A model generated the notes under the pieces. That model was not told where the DNA came from. It saw only the letters and a list, made by a program, of their open reading frames with translations, and did not search any database. Below are positions 34,011 to 46,557 of a DNA stretch of 64,000 nucleotides, piece by piece. Source of the DNA: Lingula anatina (Eukaryota; Animalia; Brachiopoda); assembly GCA_051362555.1 (NCBI GenBank), contig CM120646.1, forward strand, positions 868,001 to 932,000, given 5' to 3'. Positions within the stretch are counted from its first letter, which is position 1. Each line of letters opens with the position of its first letter. The position numbers and the translations under genes are program-made.

Positions 34011-36185
34011 TTAATCGTTAATGTAAAATACTGAATGATTCTAGCCAAATCATTTTCTCCAAGTAACGTATGGTACATATCTCGGAAATTACCTCGAGAC
34101 ATGCATATTATTAAGGGAGGCGTGTACGGGCTCAGGAAATTAGCTCCAGATTTGCACAAATTAAGTTGTTTGAAAACCCAAATTACTTTTAATAGCGTCC
34201 CCAGTGTGCGCGCAACATGTAACTTTCGCAATTAATTATCTAATTATTTATTGTATCTCTCGTAATGGTTTTTATCTTCCATATGTTTCCTTGAATTGTG
34301 CCTTGTCAGTTTAGGTATGAATTATGTGCAGACCTTATATAAAGCTGGTGTTGGTTTTTTGGAGGTTGAACCATTCGAGCTGGTTTGTCTTTCTCGGGTA
34401 TAACCTATAACCAAAATCGGAGACTGTGAGTTGGACCAAAAACTTTTATAAGAGCCTAATATGATTTCCCATCAAACACAGAATGTTAATAGAACGTTAC
34501 CACAACGTTTGTACAACCAAAAACAAATAAGTTATTATAATGTATATATATCAGTATGGTATCGTGACAAAACAGTTTTCGGTGAAGAGATGTTGGCGCA
34601 GTCGCACTTCGTACTTTCCGTACCCAAGATTACCCACAGCCAAGACAAAATGTTCTACTGGGAACGCAGCTTGTTTTATTGAATACCTTGCCAAAGCTTG
34701 ACAGCCCGCTTGACGCACAGCCATCTAGGATCTGGCAGGACTTTTATGTAATGGTTTGAAACTAAATAGATAATGAAATTGTGATTGAATTGATTGTGGT
34801 GATTAGTTGTCGTAGATGCAGTGATACATCAGACATTGTCTATTATAGAGTTGTATAAATTAGCCATTTGTTTTTCTTGGGACTGAATTATTTTAAGCGT
34901 AAATTGATAGTCATGTTGTTGTAGATATTAGTTCATATCTCAGAGAACTTCAATTTGGAATGGGTCGTGTTTCGGGCAAAACCAACTACATGTAAAAATC
35001 GAAACGCGCTATATTTCGGCGTGCAAGTTTTATTCAGAATAAACCAACATTACCCAAGCTCAAGCTCAGGTTTCATTTAGATAATGTTGTAGACAGTACA
35101 CATAAGTTTATCAAAAGGTCATGTTGCATTATTCCGTGAATTATAAAGCTTAGACGCAGAGCTCACGGACGTGACACCGTATATAAAGGTTCACCCCAAT
35201 ATTTATGTATTGAGTTTATTGTACATTAACATTATCAGTTTGAGGTGTGTGTGTGTGTGTGCGTGTGTGTGTGCGTGCGCGCGCGTGGGTTTGTGTGTTG
35301 GCGAGGGGGGGGGGGCAAGTGGATTCCAGTCAAAAAGGCATTAACTGCGTTGAAAGAATAGCCTACACTGAAACAGTTGATTTTAAACAGATGCCGCATT
35401 TAGAGTAATTTGCTTTATTTTCGTCCTATTCGAAATCGCTGGACTTATTTCTTGCATCATATCTTGCTGGTAGTGGCCCCGCAATATCAACATATACGGA
35501 TTTTACGGTCTTGCAATATAACAGTACATACTGTAGTAGAATTTTAGCCGGCGAAGAGCTGGTACATTTGTGCGGATCGTCTTTTGTTTATTAGATATTG
35601 TTGAAAATAATTAATTCTGTTTACGTCATCACGTTAGTTGCACAGGAAACATTTTAATTATTGGGTCGTTATCTAATAGCGTAAAATGATAAGTTGGTCG
35701 ATGTTACATTAGTGAAATCGGAAATCTAGACCAGGCATGGCTTATTCGGTTAGAATAGCTAATTGAGCTGTGTCAATGACATTTCATGCTGTTTTCCAAT
35801 CTATATTTAGCTCAGGAAGACCGTGAAATTGGACAAATGATTTGCAATCAGTGATATTATGTGATCAATGCAAATGAACTGGGTAACTGTTTGATGGTCA
35901 AATATCCATAAGGGAAAACAGATATGTGCAAACAGAAGACGACCACGGAAAAAATGAGCACAATTGTTGGTTGCGGAGGTTCCTTTGTATTCCGACCCTT
36001 TATGCGTTATTGTTAAAAAAAATCGACCAAAGGTTCATTCAAAATTTATGTCCTAGAGATAGTTATCCATCAAAATTAAAATCATTATAGAAGAAATAAC
36101 ATCTGGGTGACAGACGCAATGTAATGAACCGAAAATCACCTGCTATGGAAACAGCCCAAGATTCAAAAGGTCAGCTTCATTTATT

Positions 36186-36422
36186 AACTAGAAAAGCACT
36201 CCGAGAGCGCAGATCTCCGCCAAGGCAGCGATTTTTGATTATTATTGATTGATTAATTGATCCGGATCACCACCAAAAACTAATCACTTCTAAGTTAACC
36301 CATTTCCCACTAACCCTGAAAATTTCATCAAAATCGGTCCATAACTTTTTGAGTTATGTTGATGACAAACAGACAGACAGACAAACAGGGGTGAAAACAT
36401 AACCTCCTTGGCGGATGTAAAA
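36186..36422 (+). mobile_element. Helentron-type non-autonomous element (HINE/DINE-1-like), copy 1
   Basis: AACTAG start, subterminal IRs CTCCGCCAAGG / CCTTGGCGGA, internal (GACA)n tract, terminal stem-loop. Closely similar to the reverse complement of 41231-41473. Confidence 0.82.
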
Positions 36423-37905
36423 ATCCTTCTCTTTCTACCCGTCGTTTTTTTCATTCTTTGCTCAATTTGGTATCACTAGAAAACATACTCTATGTATGCA
36501 ACAATAGTCAGACCTATCAGCGTGCCAACTTTAAGGCCAATTAAATGTCGAGGGGAATGACTCTCACGTTACATACCTGTGGAAGAAGTAAACTGAAAAA
36601 ATCAGTTCATTTGTATTTGGTTCGATATACCTTGCAACAACAATTGGAAAAATTCACACCGTTTCAGTTTTGTGTATTTAATAAAAGACACACATGTGTC
36701 TGGTTATTTTATTAGGGGACCTTAGGTGAGAACCAGCAGTGAGAAAACCACGTCCCTCTGCAAGATTCTTTCAAGCTAATGGTGAACGACTAAAGGGCGT
36801 ATACAACATGATGTTCTTAATTCCTCTGCTTGTTCCATCTCTCTTGGCAAATCACTTGCATCGTTTAGTCTGAAAGGCATGTGGATACAGTCTTCTTGCA
36901 CTTAAAGTACAAGCGGCCCTCACGCCGATTTGAACAAATGGAATAATGGCGGTTAATTTCAGGAAAGCACTTGACTGCCTTTCCCTCGAAGAAACCCATC
37001 AGCCGTCCCTTCCATTGCTCTTGTATTGTCCGCGTACAGCGTAGGTGATAGTCAAAAGGTTTTGTCCCGCCGGGGCTTTGAAAAAAATGTTTTTTTTTTC
37101 TGAAAACTGATGATTAAACGGCATTTTTGCTTTCTTCCCTTGAAGTGAAAAACGAATACCACTTAACTTGTATTAGCATGTCAGAGTTTTCGAGATAAGA
37201 GGTTTGACGACAAAACACCAATTAGTAATTGAAAAGGCTCAATCAGATAGAAAAACTAGAGGAAATGTGTCTTTTTTTTGTTATTCTAGCAGGGTAGCCT
37301 TCGACTGCAAAAGTGTAATTTGTTTCAAGCGCAGCTTTCTCGTAGGTGTTTTTCTATTGCAACGAAAAAGAGGACCTGCCGTGAATTGAATTGAACAAAA
37401 TTGCTTTCGGGGGTACAGTTTAAATGTCGTAAAGTTTTTATCAACGTTTAAAGAAAATTAAAGCCCACTGGAACCTTTCCATGGGCTGTGTTATGTATTT
37501 GTTAAGTACGTGTAACTGTTTAGGGCTTTGGCCTTCGATGACATGTAGATACACAAATATTTGTGGTAATTTACTGTTAAATTCATCAGACCGACAGTTG
37601 AATCACGTGTAGCGACGCACTTATGCTATCAGGAGGTTAATCGAATGATACAGCGAAATGTCACCAGACAGACGCCGTGGTCTACTTATAAAGTATGTGA
37701 GGTCAAGGCCCTAAGGAGTTGAAGTACTTCACAAAATACTTTGCCATCCGTTGTTAACTAGCACCTTTTGTACTGAAATGGTTTAGATATGCTGTAAGTT
37801 TCAGAATATTTTATGAGCGTACTGGCGAAATTCACCATTAAAATCGATATGAATTCATTGTTGACTAAAATCTGTTTTGGTAGACTAAGTGAACGAGAAC
37901 ATTAA

Positions 37906-38139
37906 GACCCCATTCAGATTCACACATCGCACTAGCTGGGTCGGTCCAAATCAATTTGGGAATCTCGCTGAAGTACCGTCAGTGGAATCGGCTTAATCAG
38001 CACACGAAAGTTTTTTCCCCAACCAGCTCGGGGAGCTGTGTCAGACAAGTAAGCTGATTCCACTGTTTGCACTTTAGCGAGAATTCCTTGTAGAGTTGGA
38101 GCGACCCAGCTAGTACGATCTGTGACTCTGAATGCGTTC
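37906..38139. mobile_element. Fold-back MITE (Harbinger-like ends), nearly whole-length imperfect hairpin
   Basis: CATTCAGA.TCACA.ATCG.ACTAGCTGGGTCG.TCCAA is present on both arms; inner pair CAGTGGAATC.GCTTA / TAAGCTGATTCCACTG; TTAA on both flanks. Confidence 0.8.
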
Positions 38140-40400
38140 TTAAGCCCGCGGGACAATACCATTTATCCACAGAGGGAATTTCCCTCAAATGTTAGGTTGC
38201 TTCCAATTTCAACACAATTGGTTATTCATACGCTGTGTCAGAAAATACATTCAATTTTCGAAACCCCATAAAAGTCTGTCTCCCCAGGGCGCTTGCCTGG
38301 ACGCTTACTAGATGGGAAGAAACAAATAAAAGTCAAATTTTTGTACTGAAATAATTACAGACTGTTGTTTGTGTCATAAAGGAAGAGCAATACATCTCGA
38401 GGATGGGAGTTATCGATGTCGAATGTTAAAGGTATTGACTGAACTGAAGCAGAGTGAGACATTTTTGTGATCTTTGATGAAGTACTGTCAATTTCCTGTT
38501 GACGCAACATTAATGAGGTTTTGATGAGTGCAGATCACCCTGACTTGTGCATCGTTTTGCAACAATTCGCAACAATGTAAATTTAATGACATTAATGATT
38601 GTTTCTCCTGAATCTGAAACCGAATCCAGATAAACTATTGTAAACAATTCTAGCCGAGTTCCTTCCATTAGCGCTGTGCGGTGATAATGTCAGATCGTCC
38701 TCCATACCTGCATGTACGAGTATCACAGTAATCAAATATAACATACAGTCCATGTAGGTCTCCACTACATTAGCCTAACACACCCACCTCCTCGACCATT
38801 TCATAATGCAACCGCCCATTACATTCTTGATACACAAGCCAGAAATTGTACAACAGTTGAAAGTCTGCGTACAAAGACACCTGTTTGGAAAGTAGAAATT
38901 AGTATAATTTCATTGGATACAACCTGGCGGATTGGAAACAAAGAATCAGATACATGTGTCTTTTACTTCCGGTAAATATTAATTTCATCAGAATTCTCAA
39001 CAGCATTCGACTCCTTTATTAAATGAAAATAAAGACAGTATGTATAGATACTTAAGTTGTGGTGATAAGATTTCTACTGCCCACACTCATCGAGCAGGAA
39101 ATTCTATTTGTATCTGTAAAAATTGCTTGACCTAGAAAAAAGTGTAAATGTCTACAATTTGTAAAATACCTTGGTTAATTAACCTGATCTTTTTCTTCTG
39201 TGTAAAAAACAATCAGCCAATATTCACAGTGGTTAGGAATGGAACCCCTACAGGTAGGTTCGTTTTCGCGCAGTGGCGTTAAGGCGGTAGGCGATGCAAG
39301 GCATGATAAAAAAAAAACTCAATGGTACTCATTTTTCAAACGATTCAAGTAACGATATACCATTCAAAATCAGATTTCTGCTACACCTTTAACAAATTTC
39401 ACTCAAGGGGGAGAACTGAAGCTTCTGTCCAATCCCGTGCCAAAACGGTTTAGTATTGTCCCACAATTCAGACCAAGAAGTCTGCGTGTGTTACGCATTG
39501 AGCTCTATTTCCCAAGATTAGATGGTTTTCGGAAATTGCCAAGAATTGGGCCTACCACAAAAGTAGAGGATCACAAAGGTTTATATCCGATTTCTTCTTT
39601 TCATTTCGGTTTGAAAGCAAGACTGTGACAGGGACACGGGTTTTTTACTGTAGTGACCGTATTTGTCCTTGATTAATTAGTCAAACATTTCTGTTTTTTG
39701 TATCTGGGGTCCATGGGACCTTACGGATTTTTTAATTATTACCTCGGGACCGACCATTTATGGAGTTTTTATGACGAGATTTTATGTAATCATCATGCAC
39801 CCATATCACATGTTCTTTGCAGAGAAATGCGTACATTTATGTTTTCAGGTTTTAATAATAGACGGAGATATAAGAACTTTCGATCCCAGCAGAGGTTCAC
39901 GGGACCACCAACAGAATTACTTTACATGTGGGCGGTTTTGATTTTTTTTTTAAATTAAAATTGAATTATTTGTCGTCCTTTGACATTTGTGTGTAATGAT
40001 ATCTGGTTGCTTCCATTGGTTGGCCCTAAGATAAACCTAAAACGCCCTTTGAAAAAATGTTTCTGTACAAAAACCAAGCTACTGTTTCCCACTGTATCTA
40101 CTGACATTATCGAATCACTATCTAATCCTAAAACCCAAGGGTTTTCTACTCAAATGTTGAAAGGTTGCATAAAACTGAATTTTCAGACTCTCTTGTTGAG
40201 AAGTTATAGTCTATGGCAGCCTTTCACAGTCATCTGAGCAGTATACAATATACAAGTACCTATTGAAAAGTCAAGATGTGTCTAGATATGGTACAAAAAC
40301 TAAACGTGTAGTTCATATGGACTTGTGTAATATCTGCAATTATGCATGGTTATATTGGACAGTACACAGGAATATGAGTTTTTTGGCATGGACTGTCATA

Positions 40401-40625
40401 GACCCCATTCCCATAGATATTAGATCGATCTATCCCTGTGGGGAGTCTCACTAGATTACTGTCAGCTTTGCCGGCTTAAGCGTCTGTCCCGCCTACTAAA
40501 CGCTGTAAGGGGGTAATTAACTATGGTGCGCGCTCGGCTGACTGCAATTAAGCGTGAACCCCCAGGGAGTTAGGTCGATCTAAATCTAAATCTCTGGATC
40601 GATCTAAATCTCTGGGAATGCACCC
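40401..40625 (+). mobile_element. Harbinger/Tourist-like MITE, family B, copy 1
   Basis: TIR core CATTCCCA.AGAT.TAGATCGATC; near-identical to 40970-41195 (inverted) and 61762-61986. Confidence 0.88.
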
Positions 40626-40969
40626 TTAGATTATATATCCCTCCAACGTGCGGGTCTCATAAAGCTCGCACACGATCATTAGGGATTTGGTTTATTCTTG
40701 CATGTTACGTAATGTTAAAACCGTAACATCTGCAGCTGACAGTGAAGGGAATACGGGCAGCAGCTCGTTACTACATTCAGTCATCTCTCGTGTGTTACTC
40801 ACGTCTCGAGGTAAAACTATGCATGACGGAGCAGAAATTGCATGCCAAGATGAAAAAATTACAGGGAAACAAAATTAATAACATTCATATCAAGTTAAGT
40901 TAGGAATTGATGCCAAAGAATACTAAATTTCACTGATGTCTAACCTGTGTCTAATGCTTCGTACATTAA

Positions 40970-41195
40970 GGGTGCTTTCCCAGAGATTTAGATTGATCTA
41001 AAGATTAAGTTTTAGATCGACCTAACTCCCCGGGGGTTCACGCTAAATTGCAGTCAGCCAAGCGGGCACCATAGTTAATTACCCCCTTACAGCTTTTAGT
41101 AGGCGGGACAGACGCTTAAGCCGGTCAAGCTGACAGTAATCTAGTGAGACTCCCCACAGGGATAGATCGATCTAAAAATCTATGGGAATGGGGTG
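40970..41195 (-). mobile_element. MITE family B, copy 2, with TAA target-site duplication
   Basis: TAA at 40967-40969 and 41196-41198; reverse complement of copy 1. Confidence 0.9.
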
Positions 41196-41230
41196 TAAGA
41201 CAAACCTCAACTCACTTCTCACCCACTGTT

Positions 41231-41473
41231 TTATTATTACCTCCGCCAAGGAGGTTATGTTTTCACCCCTGTTTGTCTGTCTGTTTGTCTGTCATCAACA
41301 TAACTCAAAAAGTTATGGACCGATTTTGATGAAATTTTCAGGAACTGTCAGAAGTGGGCCAGGGAAGAGATGATAAGTTTTTGGTGGTGATCCGGATCAG
41401 TAATCAATTAATAATCAATAATAATCAAAAATGCCTTGGCGGAGGTCTGCGCTCTCGGAGTGCTTTTCTAGTT
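41231..41473 (-). mobile_element. Helentron-type non-autonomous element, copy 2
   Basis: ATTACCTCCGCCAAGGAGGT hairpin, (TGTC)n tract, CCTTGGCGGAG subterminal IR, CTAGTT end within T-rich flanks. Confidence 0.85.
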
Positions 41474-43013
41474 TTTTGTAGGCTTGGAAAAAAAGCTTTA
41501 TCCTCACATATTTCTTTGTATAACTTCTTCTTCTTACTGTTATATTCGGTTTGATTATATCTTTAAAACTTTGAAAATACAGTGGGCATTAAAGCAAACC
41601 TCAATCACACGCTTACTACACCAAACCCCAAAAGCCCTCACGCTCTCCTAGACACGGTTTCCTGTTTCATACTGCAAGTCTGTAAAGACACAAGGATAAA
41701 CACGCTGAAGACGGCGCTGTCCCCAAGACACTGCTAATCATTCCAGCGCCATTAAAAAAATTCTTGAAACCGTGTACGTCATACAATCATGTAATGTCAA
41801 CCTCTTAACCAACCCCTTTGAGCTTAATTAGTTTTACATTAGTGAAAATCTATCGTAAGACGAACTAATTAGTTCTAATGGGGATGCTGAGCAGCAATTG
41901 CGAAGAAAGCAAAGAAACACAGAAACCTTTTAAGAAGAAGTCGATCCTTATTAGGAGTTCGACAAATTCATTTTCTAGATCTTATTTTGATTTCCGGTTA
42001 GCGCAAAAAATAACGTATCATCTTTGAATTACAAGAGCATCCGTTATAAATATTGTGTTTTTTTTTGTGACAACGTTATAATCTGGCTTTGATATCGAAG
42101 CTCGATATCTTTTGCTAACGTATTATCTAGCTATTACAAACAGACTCAGAATATTCTAACACCAATGAAAACATGGAACAGGAAGGAAAGCTAGAAGACT
42201 GCAGCAGGTGCCTGGCCCTGTTCCCTCGGGCTAGGGTTGATTATCTGCGATTGCGTGACAACAGCACATTTCTGGGTCTGACATGTAATTTTTAGAGATA
42301 GCAAAATTGTCACAGCGAAATATGTTTTTTTTTGCTTGTTTAGTTTTGTCATGATGGAGATGAAAAAGTAAAATATTTTACATATAAAACATTCAACGGA
42401 TTCAACGCTTGTTTCTGCTTAAAGGTGCATGACGTTTCGTCACTAAGGTAGCTAACTTTCGGAGCTTAATCAGTATCGCGTAAAACAATTATATCCACCA
42501 TCCCCTGTCCAGCCCCGGTAGTCAGCCAATTGACACAGATTGAAAATAAAGCGGGTCACGGCGAGTCTCGCGATATCTCGAGTCATGGAATGAATGGTGT
42601 ATCTGGAAAAACTGCGCTAAAGCACGTGTTTTTATATTTTACTTTCTCCATAATTTTACAGAGCTATGGCGAGTTTCAGATAAGGAAGATTAATGGTTGG
42701 TAAGGCGGGAAGGAAATGCCGTTTACCCTGTAAAATGAGTTAAATATGAGTTTTTTTGGGAAAATCCTGGCTTGGAAGACTTGAACATGCGTTTGTCTGG
42801 ACGTCCAGTTGCCACCATAATTCGCATTATTAATCTGATCTGTAAACGGGCCAAACGACCAAACAAATGCAAAATAACGAGCGCTTTCTGCCAGAAACCT
42901 TATTCTAGGCGTAGAAACAAAGAAAGCCAATGAAATACTGCTTCTAGAATACATCATAAATTGTTACTGGAGTGAATGTCAGATAAAATCAAATCGTAAT
43001 GGAAGGAGACTTA

Positions 43014-43190
43014 GGCCCCATTCAGAGAAGGGGCTAACTAGTCCGAGGGTTAAATATGGCGACCCACTACAAAGATTGCCGTCTAATCCGCTAATAAACA
43101 CTGAATAGATATCTCGTGGAGAAGTATTCAAGTGTGTCGGCCATATTTGACCCTCGGACTAGTTAGTACCCTTTTCTGAATAATGGGGCC
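43014..43190 (+). mobile_element. Harbinger/Tourist-like MITE, family A
   Basis: About 55-bp imperfect TIRs GGCCCCATT..CAGA.AAGGG..CTAACTAGTCCGAGGGT.AAATATGGC. Confidence 0.85.
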
Positions 43191-44165
43191 TTTGTCGAGA
43201 TATTAAGAAACAGAAAGCCACGGGAACACTCCATATAGTCAGTGTGGCGTCAATCTGATATAAAAACAATATCAGATTGGTTAACACATGGGGCGTATCT
43301 CTAGGAATGGGAATATTCTACTCTATAATCCGTTTATTTATCAATGAATACAATTTCCCCTCAGATCTTCAGCTTATAATCTTATTTACTTTCCAACCTA
43401 TGGCGCTGAAAATAGGATGTTTGGAATTTAACTTGACCTTAACACGATTTAGCTTGTCACAGTCTTGGAATACATATTTGATTCGGAGAAAAAAGAAGAG
43501 TGAATTGATCAGTGTAATGTACCGTACGATATTGATTTTTCATGAAAAAACTTTTTTTGTTTTTCTGTTCTTCAATTCACAGAAAAGACACATGTCAAGC
43601 ACAGCATTGCGATTTGCAGTTTTTTTCTTGGCAGAAGCAATAGAACGGGTTATTTAGTACGAGCTTCAGGGATTGGTTTCTATTCGGATCTCGTTTTAAT
43701 CGCCTCCTCTTTCATTTAATCCCTGGTATATTAAGAGAATAGATCGAGCCAGTTACTCTAGGAGGGGGAATCAGTGCACTAGCCCCGGATTGATTTTTAG
43801 TTCGTAAATGAGTTTGTACTGACAATACATGACGTGTGTTTACTTCCAGATCGGAAGAGCGCACAGAGATTATAGATCGCCCCTTGGAATAAGCTTTGCT
43901 CCCCTCCACTAGTGCCGTCAACCAGCGATGGATCAACGGCAGTAATCCGGCGTTGCACAGGATTAGTCTAAAAGGAGGGAGAGGAGAAAAATTATCCTCG
44001 GGTGGGAAAAGTTATTGCTCTAAGGGAGTCGCATCTGGGAGGATTACTAGACTGGAAGAAAGAGGTAAAGTGCATTTTTCTCGTTGACCGTGTTTCCATA
44101 CTTACACGCGATATATGCATACTGAAAGTGAAAGCGTGCGCGTTTTCGTGTGAGTGAATTTGTAA

Positions 44166-44403
44166 AGCCTAGGTCCCAACCGAACGTACGGGCTGCTACG
44201 TGTGGTCTACGGCCAAAAAATGGGGAAAACGTGGGAGTTCGTGCGTGAGGAGCACGTCCATCGTGCGACATTTGGAAGGACGCAGACAGCACGTAGAAAC
44301 TTTTCGACATGATCAACAGCCGCTACGTGCGATCGAGCTACGTCCTAGCCGGACGCAAGGAACCTAAAAACCGTGCGCCCAAAACGCAGTTGGGACCTAG
44401 GCT
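44166..44403. mobile_element. Harbinger-like MITE with perfect 15-bp TIRs AGCCTAGGTCCCAAC and TAA TSD
   Basis: TAA|AGCCTAGGTCCCAAC ... GTTGGGACCTAGGCT|TAA; CpG-rich interior. Confidence 0.9.
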
Positions 44404-45355
44404 TAAGGGAGTGCGAATGCGCGTGCGTGTGAATGTTGGTATGCGTGTGCTTGCTTTCGTGCAGTACATGCGTGCGCAACTCAGGGCGTTAAACTCGAAA
44501 AGTACAAATGCTCTGTGCGCCTGACCTGTTACTAAATTACATAATCAAAAACAAATTACTCGGTGGCGGCAATTTCCTCAGCGTTATTTTCCTTTGACTT
44601 GTACGTACATCTATAGACCTGCTTCAAAATAACTGTAATCAAAATGAAATTAGGCATAACACATCCCTTTATAAATTGATCGAATAAAAACTACGACCCA
44701 TTAATATCATAATGGACATTACTTATTGAGTTACACATCGACAGAGGCAATGTTAAGTCGACTCTCTGAAGACTTGAAGCCGGGGGAAAGTAATAGCATT
44801 TCTTTTTAGCTTACGGTTATGTGAAGTCAGTAATTCGTTATTCTGGAAGTCATGCTAGATAAACTGGAATCGAAGTTTCAGTTGTAGTTGTGAGACCCAG
44901 TGGGAAAACAGCGTCTCGTACGTACAGCTAAAGCATCCTCTGAGCGGCGTGGCAGACACGGTAAGTTCTCCTTGAGAGGATAAGGATATTCATCTTTGAT
45001 GTTTGAACCAGGTGAATCTTGTGAAAATATGCAAATCTGATGAGTAATAAGATCGTGTTAAAAAGAAAAACAGTATGATGAAATTTATTAAAGAATGCAT
45101 TAGAAGTCAAAATTTTGCTGCAAAAGCCGACCACATGCCACCAATTTCAAATAATATGACTAAGAGAAATACAAAAGGAAATTGTTTCATATTACCCGAA
45201 AAAGTGATATTTGAACGGATATTTTCTTTGTGTGCTGTATATAACTGGGGCAGATAAGTGGGTCAGATAAACAGGTCAATTAATGACCAAAGCTTTGAAG
45301 AAGGTGCAGTTTCAGAGCTATTTTATGGCTGAATGAGTGACGAATTCGGTTCATC

Positions 45356-45508
45356 CAGGGGCAGATCCAGAGATATTTTCTGACAGTCTTCCATATTATA
45401 TTTGTTGATCCATCCTCCATTTTTTGACCGTCTTCCGACAGAAAAAAATAGATAACCGTCAATGTAAACTTGAAAATCTGACCGTCTTCCGGCCTAAATC
45501 CGCCCCTG
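45356..45508 (+). mobile_element. Short-TIR element (CAGGGGC(A/G)GAT... ends, hAT-like), family D copy 1
   Basis: CAGGGGCAGATCCAG ... CTAAATCCGCCCCTG; interior shared with 52540-52702; no clean TSD. Confidence 0.75.
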
Positions 45509-46289
45509 GGTATGTTGACTTTATTATGGGTCAGGTGTTTGAGGCCATGAGACAAAAGCTTTGTGAAATAAGACGAAACAAAGCGAAGAACAAGAGTTTT
45601 TTTTTAGTTCATAGATAGCGACAGCACCTTGGACTTTCATTTTACGTAAGAACGCTTAGGATAAGGTATAAAACCATACATCGCCTCTTGAACTTAAAAA
45701 ATGAGGTTCACTTTCATTTTCATCCACCAGCCAAGCTGCCAGTCGCACAGTTCCTCTGGATTTGATTCTGTTCATTCGTAGGTAGTCAAATGCTGCAGAT
45801 TGGTTCTTTGTTAGATTTGATGTTGGTTCTTACATAATAATGTAGTATTTATAAAAGTACAAATGCACCGTCGGTGAATGTAATCGTGTTCATTAGTAGA
45901 ACACAAGTGGTTGAATTACATCAAAAACTTGACCCACATGTAACGAGGTGCATTCATGGCTTTGATGAAGGAAGTATTACGTAAGGAATTACATACAAAG
46001 GTTTCAGACCACACGGATCAAAGCGTTAACAGATTTTTTTGAAGACAAAAATGTGTTAGCTCTTAGCTTTCATTTGCATATGATATAATACATATATATA
46101 TATAGATTCTCTGCCCATCCAGTGTTTCACTTCAGGCTGAATGTCGTTAACTCACGTTATTAAAACAGGCGACGTGCTTCTTGTCAGTTTTGATATACAT
46201 CGTGATGGAAACTAACTTTCGTTAAGGTGCTGCGTGCAGACCATGAGGAATATCAGAAAGCAGCTGCATGTACGTATTTTGTTAGTTTA

Positions 46290-46557
46290 AGAGCAAGTCT
46301 AAAGTTTTGACTGAAACTTTTTCTAAACTTTAGATCGAGAGCTAGTATAAATTTTAGACCTAGATGCAGTCTAAACTTTAGACCGAGGCTAAGTCTAAAC
46401 TTAAGATCGAGAACTAGGCTAAACTTAAGATGGAGAGCAAGTCTAAACTTTAGACCGAGAGTTAGTCTAAACGTTAGACCGATACTAAGTCTAAATTTTA
46501 AGGTTTAAATTAACTCTAAGTCTAAATTTAGACTTAGAGTTAATATAAACCTTAGAC
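46290..46557. repeat. About 24-bp tandem array of palindromic AGTCTAAACTTTAGAC units ending in a 56-bp near-perfect palindrome (46499-46554)
   Basis: About nine units with 7-8 nt variable linkers. Confidence 0.85.

Noticed and set aside
43831-43861. Illumina adapter-like AGATCGGAAGAGCG (43848-43861) preceded by GACGTGTG
   Set aside because: The match stops after 14 nt and lies near the apex of a decayed fold-back (~43700-43985), so chance is plausible. Raw or long reads spanning the site would settle whether it is contamination.
45620-45637. RE1/REST-like CAGCACCTTGGAC
   Set aside because: The right half-site is incomplete and a single partial match is expected by chance.
46290-46557. CRISPR array
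   Set aside because: Linkers are only 7-8 nt and related to each other, there are no cas genes, and the context is eukaryotic.
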